Positions 13,401 to 28,420 are shown, numbered from the stretch's first letter. The stretch: 64,000 nucleotides of DNA from the human T2T-CHM13v2.0 reference genome, Homo sapiens (GCF_009914755.1 NC_060934.1), one strand, 5' to 3'. Made by a program: numbers and translations. The notes: generated by a model not told the origin, from the sequence alone.

Positions 13401-13884
13401 CAACTGTTACTTCTTTTCTTTTCTTTTCTTTTTTTTCTTATGGCTCCAGCTCAAAGGACCATTACTTTTCTTAGAGTCACTTCTAAATGCAAGTGATTTA
13501 GTGTGAAGCTGCTTCCTGGTGAAACACCATCTCCCATGATGACCTGTGGTGCTAAATAGACAGATGGTGCTTCAGCAAATTTCCCATGCAGGCTCATCTG
13601 AGATGTGCTTTTGCCAGGTGCAATAGAATTTGGAGTGAAGGTCTTCTGAAGTCTCAGTTCTTGCAACAACCTTTCTCTCTTATATCTAGCTTCTCTCCTT
13701 AGGCAGCTTCATAGAATGAAAATGTAACCCTCCCTTGGGAGAGAGAGAACAGGAAGGGGCTTGTCCTTAGACAACAACCGTCTGTCACCTGGAAAGGAGC
13801 TCTGACCTAGAGAAGCGTGGTGTGACATGCAAGTTGAAGTCCCTCCAGGAAGCATGTTGTGGCCTATGGTTCTGCACACCCTGG

Positions 13885-14239
13885 TGTGTTAGTCTGACCC
13901 ACCTGCTATGGCAAGATACCATAGATTGGTGGCTTATAAACAACAGAAATTCATTTCTTACAGTCCAAGATCAAGTCCAAGTCCAAGATCAAGATGCTGG
14001 CAGATTCATGTCTGGTGAGGGCCTAATTTCTGGCTCACAGACAGCAACTTCTTGCTATGTCCTCACATGGTGGAAGGGGCAAGTGAGCTTTTGGGGGGTC
14101 TCTTTTATGAGGGCATTCATCCCATCATGAGCTAATCACTTCCCAAATGCACCACCTCCTAACTCCCCCATCTTGGGGAGTAGGATTTCAACATATGAAT
14201 TGGAGGTCGGGAGGGGACGCAAACATTCAGACCACAGCA
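13885..14239 (-). mobile_element. MLT1A-type (ERVL-MaLR) solo LTR with perfect 5-bp TSD
   Basis: TG...CA termini; 'gtggcttataaacaacagaaatt', 'gtcctcacatggtggaagggg', 'aggatttcaacatatgaatt...aaacattcagacc'. TSD CCTGG at 13880-13884 and 14240-14244. Confidence 0.9.
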
Positions 14240-15289
14240 CCTGGGACAGGCTGCACTCCCTTTTTCTTAATCTGCTCAGTTGGAGGCCGTCACCCCTATG
14301 CAGGCTCAGATAATGATACCCAAACTTTATGACTTTTAAATCCACATTTAAGGAACCCTTAACATTTGCAAACAAAGACACTGAGACCAGAAGTGTTCTC
14401 TTAATGGGGTTGCTTAGAGAATTTTTCTTGCAGATTTTTATTTTCTTTTGCAGGAAAGTTTTAAAATAGAGATAGGGAGGAGGTTTGGGGGGCAGAAAGC
14501 ACCATTCTCAAAAGTTTCACCTTTGACAAGTCTGTTAAGATTATCTAATACTATTTCTAGCTCTCCTAAGCAGAGCAGGTACGAAGTTACAGCTGTGGCA
14601 ATTTTGATAAATCTAAAGAATGACATTTCTGAGAATGACTTTTCTCAATCTAGCCATAACCATCAATGAAGAATTCATGTTACTATAAAATAAAAAATGC
14701 CAAGGAATTCACTTCTTTATTGTCAAATTGAGATTTGATGGAAGAAACAGCCAGGCAATTAATTATATTTAGAAACCATGCATCTTGACTTTGAAGTTAA
14801 ATGTATTTCCCTGTGACTTCATATTGGGAACAGCTTTTATTAAATTCAATTACTTTTCCCTCTGGTCTGCTCCATAAAGGTGCACTCATAGAGAAGGATG
14901 GCTCTTAGCAGAAATATTTCCACTGGAAAAGATGGTGATCAAGTGGGTTCAGTCACTAAAAAGAGTTAGTCCTTTATAAGCAAAATGCCAGATGAGAGGG
15001 TGTGTTTCTGGTGGTCTTCAAGTTTCACCACTTTCTCATCAGCCAGTAAAACAAAGAAGAAGTAAAAATAGAAGGAGAAGGGTCTCTTTATTTTCCATTT
15101 TGCCTTCTTCTTGCCTGTATCCCTACTTAAGACCCTTACTCTTTCCCAGAGGGGTCATCTCAACTCATCTACAGCCCCTTGGATCATGTGATTATTCTCA
15201 AGATGCTCCCAGAGTTATCACTTGTTGGCATTGGAGAAAGCCCTCCACAAATGGCCTGGAAAGATAATTGGAATGAAAGCATTAATTCT

Positions 15290-15440
15290 AGATCCATCTC
15301 TGTCTCTAGCCATATGAGACTTGATCATTTCTGCTTCATGAACCTCATTTTCTTCATCTGACCAGCAGGCAGACATAACAACTCTTGACCTCCCTATTCC
15401 ATATAGCTGTTATGAGGATCAAACAAGATGGTGAGATAAT
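15290..15440 (+). mobile_element. MIR fragment
   Basis: 'aacctcattttcttcatctg...gttatgaggatcaaa'. Confidence 0.6.
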
Positions 15441-16589
15441 AAACAAGTGATAATTGCAAATCATTGGTAGGATTTTTAATAATAATTTATGAACTATCAA
15501 ATGTCTGTCATTTAAAATAAACTGTCACTTTGTTTAATAATTTTCTTGTCCAAGTGTTCTAAGTTGTATCTTATTATAAGTAGAGAATGATTATTCTCTC
15601 CCTAAGCTACACAAGCACAGTAAAAATCTAACATATTATTTGGTTAGAAAGTGACTGCAAAAGTTGACTACATCATCGGCCAATCAGGTGGCAGCTCTCA
15701 AGGAAGGCATTTTCTAACCAAAAGTATAATGTATTTCTGTAATAAAATTACCAATTTTACAAGTCCCGAGCATTGCTTTAAAATTGGTTGTATTAGGATC
15801 AAAAGCTTCGGTCCCACCTGGGACCAATAAGTGGTCTGTTTCTTTCAGAAATATCACTTACTTCAGCCCCAGTCCTATAGTTCTGGCTTAGTGAAATTAA
15901 GAAGCATGAAAAACACAAGGCAAGCTCAAAGGCCTCATAGAAGAATTACATAGATAAAATTCAATATTACAGACAGGTAATTTTCCTCCAAGCCTGCCAC
16001 AGAAAAGAGCCAAGAGTATAACTGCAATCTTCCTGACTTCCACCAGTCAGGCACTTTTAAAGCTGGATTCCAAAGCTCAGCACCAAAATCAACAAAAAGT
16101 GGCATGCCTCTGCAGCTTGCTTAAATACCACTGAATTTATTTGTTCAGATTCAACATTGTCCTCTCTCAGTTTTCATCATCGATACTGTGGATGTGAGTT
16201 CCAGGTAGCCTTCGTTTCATCACATGTATCACTACCACCACTTAGAACATGCCTAATGACAGAAGATCAGAAAACTGCCACATTAGGACTTCAAGTGAAT
16301 GGAACACATCCTCTGGCACTTTCTTTGGGTATACTGGGCTCGGCAATTCAGTGAGCTTTAAAAGAAACGAAAAACATAGACAACCAGATGTGTCAGTATC
16401 ATAGCACAATGATTAAATCACTGAAGAGTTCTGCATACTGAAACAAGAAATCAAAGTGAGGCATAGGAGGTGGTTCTGAGCTTACAGTATTCAGAGTATA
16501 GTATGACCCACATGGAAGATGTAACACAATGTGGTACATCTTCATTGTCAGATGATTATATTGATTGTCTATTATGAGTCTATCTCAGA

Positions 16590-16740
16590 TCCTGGAAAAG
16601 GACATAGTAAATCTGCTGGTTTGTAAGCTGCACTAGGAAAAGGGCTGTATTTGTCTTGTTAACTTATTTGTAGAAAGAAGCATAAAGTCAATATGTACTA
16701 AATGCATAGTAGACGCTCTATAAATAAAACAATGAACAAA
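16590..16740 (+). mobile_element. L2 3' fragment
   Basis: 'tgtaagct...agggctgtatttgtcttgtt...catagtagacgctctataaata'. Confidence 0.55.
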
Positions 16741-16929
16741 CTATTGGTGTTTAAGGTAACAAAGTACAAGTGTTTATTAGTAACTTTCTCCAAACTCTAA
16801 TGATGAAAAAGTACTAAAAAAAAAAAAAAAAGGCAAACTCGCATTGCTCCTAGAAACTAAGAAGGGCACCATCACACTTCACCCCTAATCACCTAAAGAT
16901 GTACAAAATTACTGGAATTCAATGTTTGT

Positions 16930-17309
16930 TTACAATTTTCTTTAAGATAAAATGTATAGGCAGCGAGATGAAGAAATCTTTAATGTACCATTCAGTGACA
17001 AGTATATGCACCTATATAACCCAAACCCCTAACAAGATAGAAAACATTATCAACTAGAACAATTCCGTCATGACTCCTAGCCTCCTAAATCAATCTCCCT
17101 CTGACATTCCCAGAGACAACTACTATTCTAATTGTTTCTATCATAAATTAATTTTCTCTATTCCAGAATTTCATATAAATGAAATTTTACAATATGTACT
17201 ATTTTGTACAAGGCTTCTTTTACTCCACATATCATTTTTGAGATTCAATTATCTAGCTGCTTCTTTTAGTAGTTTGTTTCTTTTCTTTGCTTAGTAGTAG
17301 TTTATTTGT
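16930..17309 (-). mobile_element. Old L1M 3'UTR fragment, antisense
   Basis: 'ccagagacaactactattcta...gaatttcatataaatgaaat...ggcttcttttactc...ttttgagattca'. Confidence 0.75.
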
Positions 17310-19637
<2,328 letters not shown>

Positions 19638-20589
19638 AGTAAAGTCTACTTTAAAAATAAATCTGGCCACAGTCCTGAAGGGAACGCTGGCTAGGTATTT
19701 ATAGCAGGCTTCTTTCCTTTAGTAGGACTTTGCCTCCTAAGCATCATGAGTCTTTGAGAGACGTTATTTTGCTTTTAGAAGCTCCCAGCCTACCCTGTCA
19801 CCTTCTCACACCACATCAGAATTTAGTTAACGGTGGAAAAACCGGCTGTGTGCTTGAATTCTCCATGCAAATGCCTGGTTTATCTTTCCCCAGGATATTC
19901 CCTCTACCTGGGCTGAGACCAGGCCTTAGCCCATGCTCAGCCTTAGCAAATGCACCTAGGGAAGAAAATGATGGAAAATAATTACCTCACGCTGAGCCAT
20001 TCTCCTGGGTAGGTAATGGTGTCTCTGCCTTTCTTGAAGTGGTATCGCTTGCCTTCTGTGTTGTTATACAATACTGTTCAATTATTTAAAATCCTTCTGA
20101 ATTATATTACAAAAGTCACATAGTATTATAACATCAGTAACTACTTATTACGATCAATCAGCTGATAATTCTATTTAAAGTGCATAATTTTTCACAATTC
20201 TTTTAGTTGGAATGTGAGCAAAGTTATTTGAAGACCACTGGTCAAGCTAACATAATCACACTTCAGAGAAATACACTTTTTCAATGATTTAGAGAAAAGG
20301 TGGTGAGGTGGTAGAAAATTTGACAACATAGTCTTAGACAAGCAAAGGACTGAATGACCTAACCAACAGTATTCTCATCCATAGAGAATTTACAGGATTA
20401 CATTATTGTATGTGTAATGATGAATCAGAACAGAGATATGCAATGTCATCTAACAAGGACAAAACGCCTCCTATGCCTTCATTAGTTGACTGTAACCTAA
20501 CTAAATCTATTACCGTACATGAATTATGAGTCAATCAAAAAAAGAAGTTGTGCAGTCATAAAAACCAGGACAAAAGGAGGTCTACAGAA

Positions 20590-20998
20590 GTCAAGGTAGT
20601 TCTGTTTGCCAAATACTTTCTGGCTCTCTCCTTTCAAACACATAGTAAAACTGCATTTTCTGGACTTCCTGTGGTTGAAGTAGAGCTATTTAGTTAAATA
20701 GCCAATTTAATTTGGCCAATAAGTTGTGAATGGAAATAACGTGTTGCTTCTAGGCTGGAAGATTTAACTAGATTTTCTAGAGACCTCTTTTCTTCTGCCA
20801 CAGCAACCAATAACATTCGAAAGGGTGACATCTCCATCAGCCAGGATCCTTGAGTAAGAACATCTCAGAGAAGAGCCCCAAACCAACCTATGGTGGACAG
20901 ACAGCATAAGGATGAAATAAGCTTTGGTTGTTTTAAGCTCCTGAGATTTGGAGGGTAGTTTGTCACTGCAGCATAACCTTGCTGATACTGATTAATGT
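20590..20998 (+). mobile_element. Old MLT1 (I/J-type) LTR
   Basis: 'tggccaataagttgtga', 'gaaataagctttggttgttttaagc..ctgagatttgg...gtttgtcactgcagcataacct'. Confidence 0.75.
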
Positions 20999-21269
20999 GG
21001 CATCCATACTCTCTAGGACAGTGCTCCCTAAGGACTTCATCAGTTCTTAGGACTCCAACTGGTTTCAGGAATGAAAACTGGATATCTCAGAATATCTTAA
21101 TGTCATAAAACATTCAACTCATATAAATAACTCCCCTTTCTCTGATCCCATGTACATCAAGCAATCTTCTCATTACAATTGGGCATTGCATGTGCAATGA
21201 CTCAAGAGAAAAATACTGGTTTTTGTGAGACTGTCTATGGTAAGATATATCTTTGCTCAGGGGCTGAAA

Positions 21270-21548
21270 AATCAGATTTCTGAGTCTGGAAGAAGCCAGG
21301 TTGCAAGGAGGAAAAAAAGCTCACTCAAAGTGGCTTAAACAATAAAGGAACTTATTGCTGACATAACTAAAATATTTTACAGGTATGTAACCTGCAGACG
21401 TGGTCTGATCCAAAGGTTCATGGTGTTCTCTGAGGTCCAGCTATGTTTCTCTGCAATTCTCTCGACTCTGCTTTCCCGTATGTTATGGCTTTGCCTCAGG
21501 CTGACTTCTCTCAGAATGGCAAACTGGTGGCTGCTGCAAATTCCAGGC
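21270..21548 (-). mobile_element. Old MLT1 (K/L-type) LTR fragment, interrupted by MLT2A
   Basis: 'actcaaagtggcttaaacaataaaggaacttattg...ctcaggctgacttctc...atggc...ttccaggc'. Confidence 0.6.
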
Positions 21549-21940
21549 TGTGATGGTTAATACTGAGTGTCAACTTGATTGCATTGAAGGATGCAAAGTA
21601 TTGTTCCTGGGTGTGTCTGTGAGGGTGTTGCCAAAGGAGATTAACATTTGAGTCAGTGGACTGGGAAAGGCAGACCCACTCTTAAATTTGGGTGGGAACC
21701 ATCTACTCAGCTACCAGCACAGCTAGAATTTAAAGCAGGCAGAAAAACGTGAAAAGGCTAGACTGGCTTAGACTCCCAGTCTACATCTTTCTCCTGTGCT
21801 GGATGCTTTCTGCCCTTGAACATCAGACTCCAAGTTCTTCAGCTTTGAGACTCAGACTGGCTTCCTTGCTCCTCAGCTTGCAGATGGCCTGTTATGGGAC
21901 CTTGTGATCATTTGAGTTAATATTCCTTAATAAACTCCAT
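21549..21940 (+). mobile_element. MLT2A (HERV-L) LTR, 3' terminus missing
   Basis: Starts TGTGATGGTTAATACTGAGTGTCAACTTGATT and follows the remembered MLT2A consensus to 'taataaactcc', then runs into a microsatellite. Confidence 0.92.
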
Positions 21941-22202
21941 ATATATATATGGAGATATATGTGGAGAGATATATATGTGTATATATATGGAGATATATAT
22001 GTGTATATATATGGAGATATATATATGTATATATGGAGATATATATGTATATATATGAGATATGTATGTATATATGGAGTTATATATGTACATATATGTG
22101 TATATATATGGAGATATATATATACACACACATATACATATACATATATGTATATATACACACACACACATACATATATGGAAAATCCATATATATACAC
22201 AC

Positions 22203-22257
<55 letters not shown>

Positions 22258-22260
22258 TGG
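21938..22260. repeat. Compound (TA)n / ~22-bp TGGAGA(TA)n VNTR / (CATATA)n
   Basis: Repeating 'tggagatatatatgtgtatata' units, then (CA)n and about 9 CATATA units. Confidence 0.95.
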
Positions 22261-22849
22261 AAAATCAGAGTTTCTCTATCATGAAGACTTTTGTTACCCA
22301 TAAATAACCCCAGGAGTTCATGACATGGTGGGAGGTCAGAGGGTGGGTTGTCGCTTGGTACTTAACATTTCCTAAAACTGACACAACAAATAGCTGGTTC
22401 CATTGAAGTCCAGTGTGCAGACAGCATTATCAGACAGAGCACTGGCTCAATTCTGATCTACATATTAGAAGACCCTGATAAACTGGTTTTACAGAAGAAA
22501 GGAAACTTCCACCAGTTAAGAAGCCACAGACATCATACACCACTCAGGGCCCAAATCACTGGGGCCCAAGCGAGGTGCCAAGCAAGGATCGTTTGGGGTT
22601 CAGGTATAATAATACCAGCTTAGGGCTTCAGGAATTAAATAACACCCAACTTAAGGAAGTGCCGTGTCAAATGAGATAACACAGGTGTGAGCCATGAATG
22701 AACCACACAGATCTGTGCATGTTTCAGTGTTGGTGGCCACTGGATGTCTCATGGTTGGCAGAACCTTAACCCTTGTGATTCTGAGCTCCTGGTCACCTCA
22801 CCCCAGTCCATCCCCCTCATAGTTCCTCCTGTCTCACTCATCTCAGGCC

Positions 22850-23870
22850 TGGCTCCTCAGCCCATGTAGGTGCTCCATTTTAAACAAGAGTCATTATGGA
22901 TGTTTCCCCCTTCTCCCTCACTGCTTTCCATATCTAGTACCTGAGCAACTACAGTCAGTTCTGCCTACAAAATTACCTCCAATCTACCCATGTCATCTCC
23001 ACCTTCACCCCAACAACTGTTATCCCTCCCTGGACAACAGCAATACCCATCTCGCTTTTCTCCTCACTTCCCCTCTCACCCCTCCAATATTTTCTCCATG
23101 CTGCAGCTAGAATAATCATTTTCATATCAAAATTTGATCTACCACCCCATTTCCATGCTTAAGATGCTTCAAAGGCTTTGCAGTATATTTCAAATAAAAT
23201 TCACCCTCTTTACCATGGCCTAGAGGGCCCTGCATGATCTGGCCTCTGCCCACGGCTCCACGCCAATCAGCGGCCCTTGTCCCAGCCCACGCCCCTAATG
23301 TGTCCAGTTCTCACTCTTGGGGTCTTCAAAGCTCTTTTGTCAGCCCACTAGTCATCCTTCAGTTACCAGTTCAAATGTCACCTCTCCAGAGAGGCCTTTC
23401 CTGACCAGCCAGGTTACCAGATAAAATACAGGATACCCGGTTAAATCTAAATTTCAGATAACAAACGAATACATTTTTATTCTGCCTAAGTCCCAAAAAT
23501 TACATGGGGCATGCCCATCCAAAAATGTGCTCACAGTTTATCTGAAATTCAAACTTAACTGGGCATCCTGTATTTTTATTTGACAGATCTGGCAGCTCTA
23601 CTGACCACCCAATGTGTTCTGGTGTTATTCTCAACCACGTCACTCTATTTTTGTCCTTCATTCACTCACCATGATTTTAAAGCATATATGGATGCATTTG
23701 CTTGTTTATTGTCCTAACCCCATCTAGACTTTAAGCTCCTTAAGGGCAGAGTCTATGTTTATTTTATTCTTCAGTATATTCTCAATAATTTGCACATAAT
23801 AAAAGTTCAACAGATGTCTAGCACATAATAGGAGCTCTATAAATATTCAACAAATGAAAAAATGAGTACT
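22850..23870 (+). mobile_element. L2 LINE 3' part, interrupted by MER53
   Basis: 'ggccctgcatgatctggcctctgccc', 'tcaaatgtcacctctccagagaggcctttcctgacca', terminal 'tagcacataataggagctctataaatatt...aatgaa'. Confidence 0.8.
23409..23600 (+). mobile_element. MER53 palindromic hAT-type MITE with 8-bp TSD
   Basis: Arms 'ataaaatacaggatacccggttaaatctaaatttcagataa' / 'ttatctgaaattcaaacttaactgggcatcctgtatttttat'. TSD CTGACCAG (23401-23408) / CTGACCAC (23601-23608). Confidence 0.92.
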
Positions 23871-24963
23871 ATGTTAGCTGAAGAGTTAGCATCTTTTTTT
23901 TTAAACTTCTTCCTAGGTAATGTGGCAAGTTTTCACCTTACTGAAAATACACTTCACAGACCAAAGCAGTAGAGTATGTAGTCATAATCCATTTAGCTCT
24001 GTAATTAGACTTTAATGTGACTAAATTCAGCTGATGGTGCATGGAAGAGACTAGGTGTTGAGTAATGTTAACACTATTTTGACACCTTTCCAGATGATAA
24101 AACCACTGGAGAAAAATAAAATAGGAGGAAAGTAAAGATAGGGAGATGTATAAAGGTGAAGTCACAAGAGCGGAAAGTTCAGATTCATAGTTAGGGAGGA
24201 AAGGAAAGTAAACACTGATGCCATAAAATAGAAAACAGAGTAATCCAGGGCAAGAGGCTATCAAGAGAAAAGCTTAAAACCCTGGGGCCAAAGTAAAGAT
24301 TACCTAGAAACTTTGCAAAAGCAAAGATTAATAAGAAAAGCTGAAGCCCAAGCATGAATAAAACCTGCGTTATAGTCCTCATAAATATAAATTAATTGTC
24401 ACATATAAAGGGGAGGTCAGTAAAGGAGAAGGCTAAGAGAGAGAGAAAGATAACTCAGGTGAAGAGCTTTGTTTTCGGAATCTGATTTGCTTACTTGTTT
24501 AGGAAACGAAGGTGAGCCCAGATGTTCAATGGCATCAATTTCCTAAGAATGACTGGGGACCATTTGTGTACCCACAAATTAAAAAAAGAAATTTTACTAA
24601 ATTCCTGGCCCATTTTACTATAGTTTTAAAGACAGGGCAAAAGATATCTCTCCTTGAGGTAGTGATGGCATAGGATATATGTATAGAATACTTGGAGATA
24701 TGTTTTTGAAACGTTATTTTTATTGTTCTCTCATGGATGTAGGGTTGCTTCTGGGGTCTAGAGATGGATTTGCTGAAACCCACACAGGTCTAGCTAAGGT
24801 GGGTTTACAATCACTGATCTTTAGGAAAGAATACACTGGAAGTCATTTGGAAGGAAAAGTTCATTGAAAAATGTAGTGCAATCTTCCCCCGACCCCACCC
24901 CACAGCTTGATACAATCAAAACTCATATCTTCATTGTCTTTGATAAGACTTTGGGTTACTTTG

Positions 24964-25323
24964 TGATACGGTTTGGCTCTGTGTTCCCACCCAAATCTCA
25001 TCTTGAATTGTACTCCCATAATTCCCACGTGTTGTGGGAGAGACCAGTGGGAGATAATTTGAATCATGGGGGCGGTTTCATACCCCACACTACTGTTCTT
25101 GTACTAGTGAATAAGTCTCATGAGATCTGATGGTTTTATCAGGGATTTCTGCTTTTGCATCTTCCTCATTTTCTCTTGCTGCCACCATGTAAAAAGTGCC
25201 TTTCACCTCCCATCATGATTCTGAGGCCTTCCCAGCCATGTGGAACTGTAAGTCCAATTAAACTTCTTTTTCTTCTCAGTCTCGGATATGTCTTTATCAG
25301 CAGCATGAAAACAAACTAATACA
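24964..25323 (+). mobile_element. THE1A solo LTR with perfect 5-bp TSD
   Basis: TGATACGGTTTGGCTCTGTG...AAACTAATACA; TSD CTTTG at 24959-24963 and 25324-25328. Confidence 0.93.
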
Positions 25324-25719
25324 CTTTGCTTCATTGAAAAGCAACTAATAACATTATGGTGTCATCCAGAAAGAGACTGTCATTTAAGGAGTGAATTTTC
25401 AAAGTAGGATATTGTCTAGGAAGGTGTGGGGCAAAGTCAGCTCAAACTACACTTTTCCTCTCTTCCTACTAGGATTTTCCAGGTGAGATCTAGCTACAAT
25501 GAAGTTCGAGAATGACTTTGAATAACAAATGCAGTCAACAGGGGCAACCTAGGGGAAAAAGGTAGTGATGTGGAATGGGAAGAGGGATCCTGTCTCATTT
25601 ATTTTGCAGGCATATGTGTGAGCAACTACCTTATCTGTGAAACAGAAACTTGGGGTTGTGATCTCCTCTTCTCTGAATGGCTGTCTTTACGATTATTTCT
25701 TCTCTTAATTTTCTTAAAA

Positions 25720-26195
25720 CATATATGACTATTTAAACTGCAAATTATAATATTGTGAGGTTTATAACATATGTAAATGAAAAACATGACAATTGCAGCA
25801 AAAAGGATGGCAGTAAGGTAGTAAATGAATCAAAATAGTTGCAAGATTTCCATAATTTTTATGAAATTGTACAATATTAACTGTAAGTAGACTGTGCAAA
25901 GTAAAAAATGGATTTTGTAATCCCTAGAGCAATCACTAAGAATAAAAAATAAAAGTAAATAAACTGTGTATAGTGATATCTAAAAATTCAAAAGACAAAT
26001 TATTACAATAATTCCAAAGAAGGCAGAAGCAGGGAAACAGAAGTAAAAAAGAGAGGTGACAATTAGAAAACAAATAAAATGGTAGGCCTAATTCTAACCA
26101 TACTGATAATTACATTAAACTTTAATGCATTAAACTTCCACTTAAAGGCAGGTATTATCAAAGCAGATTAAAAAAGAGAAGACCCAACTATGTTC
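25720..26195 (+). mobile_element. Old L1M fragment (inter-ORF / ORF2 start)
   Basis: 'gtaatccctagagcaatcactaa', 'aaaatggtag...ataattacattaaa...aagacccaactat'. Confidence 0.7.
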
Positions 26196-26199
26196 TATG

Positions 26200-26395
26200 T
26201 GCTTCACTTATGTTAACTCATTTAATTCTCATCACAATCCTGTAAGGCCATCCCATTATCAATCTCACTGTATAGATGAAAAAATGGGGGCTCTGAAACG
26301 GGAAGTAACTTGCCCAAGCTTACCCAGCTAGCGAGGGGCAGAGATGGTTTTGAACCCAAGGAATGGGGCTCCAGAAACTACTAGTCTGCCTCACA
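26200..26395 (-). mobile_element. MIR SINE
   Basis: 'aactcatttaattctcat...tatagatgaaaaaatgg...aagtaacttgcccaag...tttgaacccaag'. Confidence 0.85.
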
Positions 26396-26479
26396 AGAAA
26401 ATTAAGAAAGAAAAACAAGTAAATCCGGAAAAAAGAGAGAAAGGAAAATAGAAAGAAGGAAGGAAGGGTTAAGTCTGGG

Positions 26480-27000
26480 AAAAACAAAACATTAGTACAA
26501 AAAGGTCATTGTAATCCTAGTATTCTACTTGGCTCAGTAGATGATAAGCTACATTTGTAGAATAATAGTACAAAAAGGTAACTGTAATCCTGGTATTCTA
26601 CTTGGCTCAGTAGATGATGAGCTACATTTGTAGAATAATACTAATTAAAACATTAACAGTGAATTTAATCTACGATTGTGGTATCCCTATATTTTGAGAA
26701 AGGGAGAGAGGGAGGAGAATGGAAGTATAAGATAAAATTGACTTCATCCTGCACAATAGGGAATTAATGGCAAATGTCTAAAAGTGATGATCCAACAGTG
26801 TGCACTATAATTGTGAGAAATGGAGATAAATATCAGAAGAAATGAATGAAGCTTCTGGAGAGCTAAAACAGGGTTGGGCAGTGGGTAAGGAGGGCACGGG
26901 ACTATTATTTTTAATTTTTTGCCTTACAGTGATTTGAAACATTTAAAATTATATGCATGCATTCCTTTGATAAAAATGCTTTTGAGAAAAAGAAAAAAAA
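26480..27000 (+). mobile_element. L1MC4/5-like 3' end
   Basis: 'ttctacttggctcag', 'ggagataaatatcagaagaa', ending '...tttgataaaaa' and an A-rich tail. Confidence 0.65.
26493..26638. repeat. 73-bp tandem duplication (2 copies, 4 mismatches)
   Basis: Copies at 26493-26565 and 26566-26638. Confidence 0.95.
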
Positions 27001-27091
27001 AAAGACTTGCATCAGCAATCAAAGGTATGTTGAATAGCCCAGTTCAATTTGCTGAGAATAAAACAAAGGTGGTAATTTTGCTATTAAATGC

Positions 27092-27565
27092 TGTCTTAGG
27101 CAGGGTTCTACAGAGAAACAGAACTAATCAGATATACATATAGAGAAAAAGAGATTTATTATAGGCTCACATGATTACAAAGGCTAAGAAGTCTCAGGAT
27201 CTGAGGTTGGCAAGCTGGATCTCAGGAGACCTATCAGTGTAGTTCCAGATTGAGTTTGAAGGCTTGAGAACCAGGAGAGCAGACAGTGTAAGTTCCAGTC
27301 TGAAGGCAGGAGATGATCAATGCTCCAGCTCAAGGACCAGGCAGGCAAAGTTCCTCTTACTCAGCTTTTTGTTCTGTTCAGGTCTGTAATCAATTGGCTA
27401 AGGCCCACTCACATAAGGAAGGACAACCTGCTTTCCACAGAATACTGATTCAAATGTTATCTTGGCCCCAGAAACACCCTCACAGATACAGTCAGAATAA
27501 TGTTTGACCAAATATGCAGACACCCACTGACTCAGTCAAGTTGACACATAAAATTAACCATGACA
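27092..27565 (-). mobile_element. MLT2B-type (ERVL) solo LTR
   Basis: 'agggttctacagagaaacagaactaat...cagaaacaccctcacaga...cagtcaagttgacacataaaattaaccatgaca'. Confidence 0.88.
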
Positions 27566-28099
27566 CATACTATTAAGAGTTTACATATATTTTATGTGCA
27601 AATTCCCCTATTCAAAGTACTGTACAGATTTCCAATATTCCTAATTTCATCTTCATTTTCACTAAAATTGCTCATTGTCATAGTTATTTTTTGAAATGTT
27701 TTTAAATAATATAAAATTATTTTAAAATTAAAAATTACTTTAAAATTATTTTAAAATTAAATAATAAAATAAAACAATATAAATAAAAGAGAACACTATA
27801 GATGGTTACAGCCCTGTTGCTACCCTCCCCAGCCCTGCTCTCCTGTCTTTCTCAAGAGGCTATGCATCCATCCAGACTTTATACATTCATGAAAAAATAC
27901 CTTGTATTGTTTTGTATATTCTTTTCAATAGTCAAAAATACTACCATATTACACGTCATTCTGCAGCATGCTTTTGCAATCAGTGACACATTTTTGAGAT
28001 CTCTCTAATTGATTATTGCTCTCGAGAAAAAAGCCTGCTGTCAGGGAATTCTCCCAAATTTTCATATCTTGTTCGCATTTCCCCTCTCAACCCCTCCTG

Positions 28100-28420
28100 T
28101 TTTCATTATTCCTCCTTCTTTTCTCTATTTCCATACTTTGAGTGATCTCATCTGGTCCCACATCTTTACCATTCATGTCAGTGTTGCCCAACTGTTTATC
28201 CTCTAACCTTGACCTCTCCCTAGAACTCCACACTCACATAAGTGCTGTCTGTTTAATTTCACCACCTGGATATGTAATGGGCATCTGAAACATGTCGTGG
28301 TGGAAAGGGGGCTCTGAATTTGCCCCACCCTGCTCCTGTCTTGCCTCTCCCATTTCAGCAAAAGGCCCAATCCTTGCCTCAACCACTTGATCTGGTAGAA
28401 CCAAATTTCTGAGAGGATGA
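28100..28420 (+). mobile_element. L2 fragment
   Basis: 'gacctctccctagaactcca...ccacctggatatgtaatgggcatctgaaac'. Confidence 0.7.

Noticed and set aside
21892-22307. Six overlapping ORFs rich in Y/I/M/H/T/C
   Set aside because: Translation artefacts of the (TA)n/(CATATA)n repeat.
27680-27790. AT-rich quasi-palindromic repeats
   Set aside because: Low-complexity sequence; symmetry is expected from composition.
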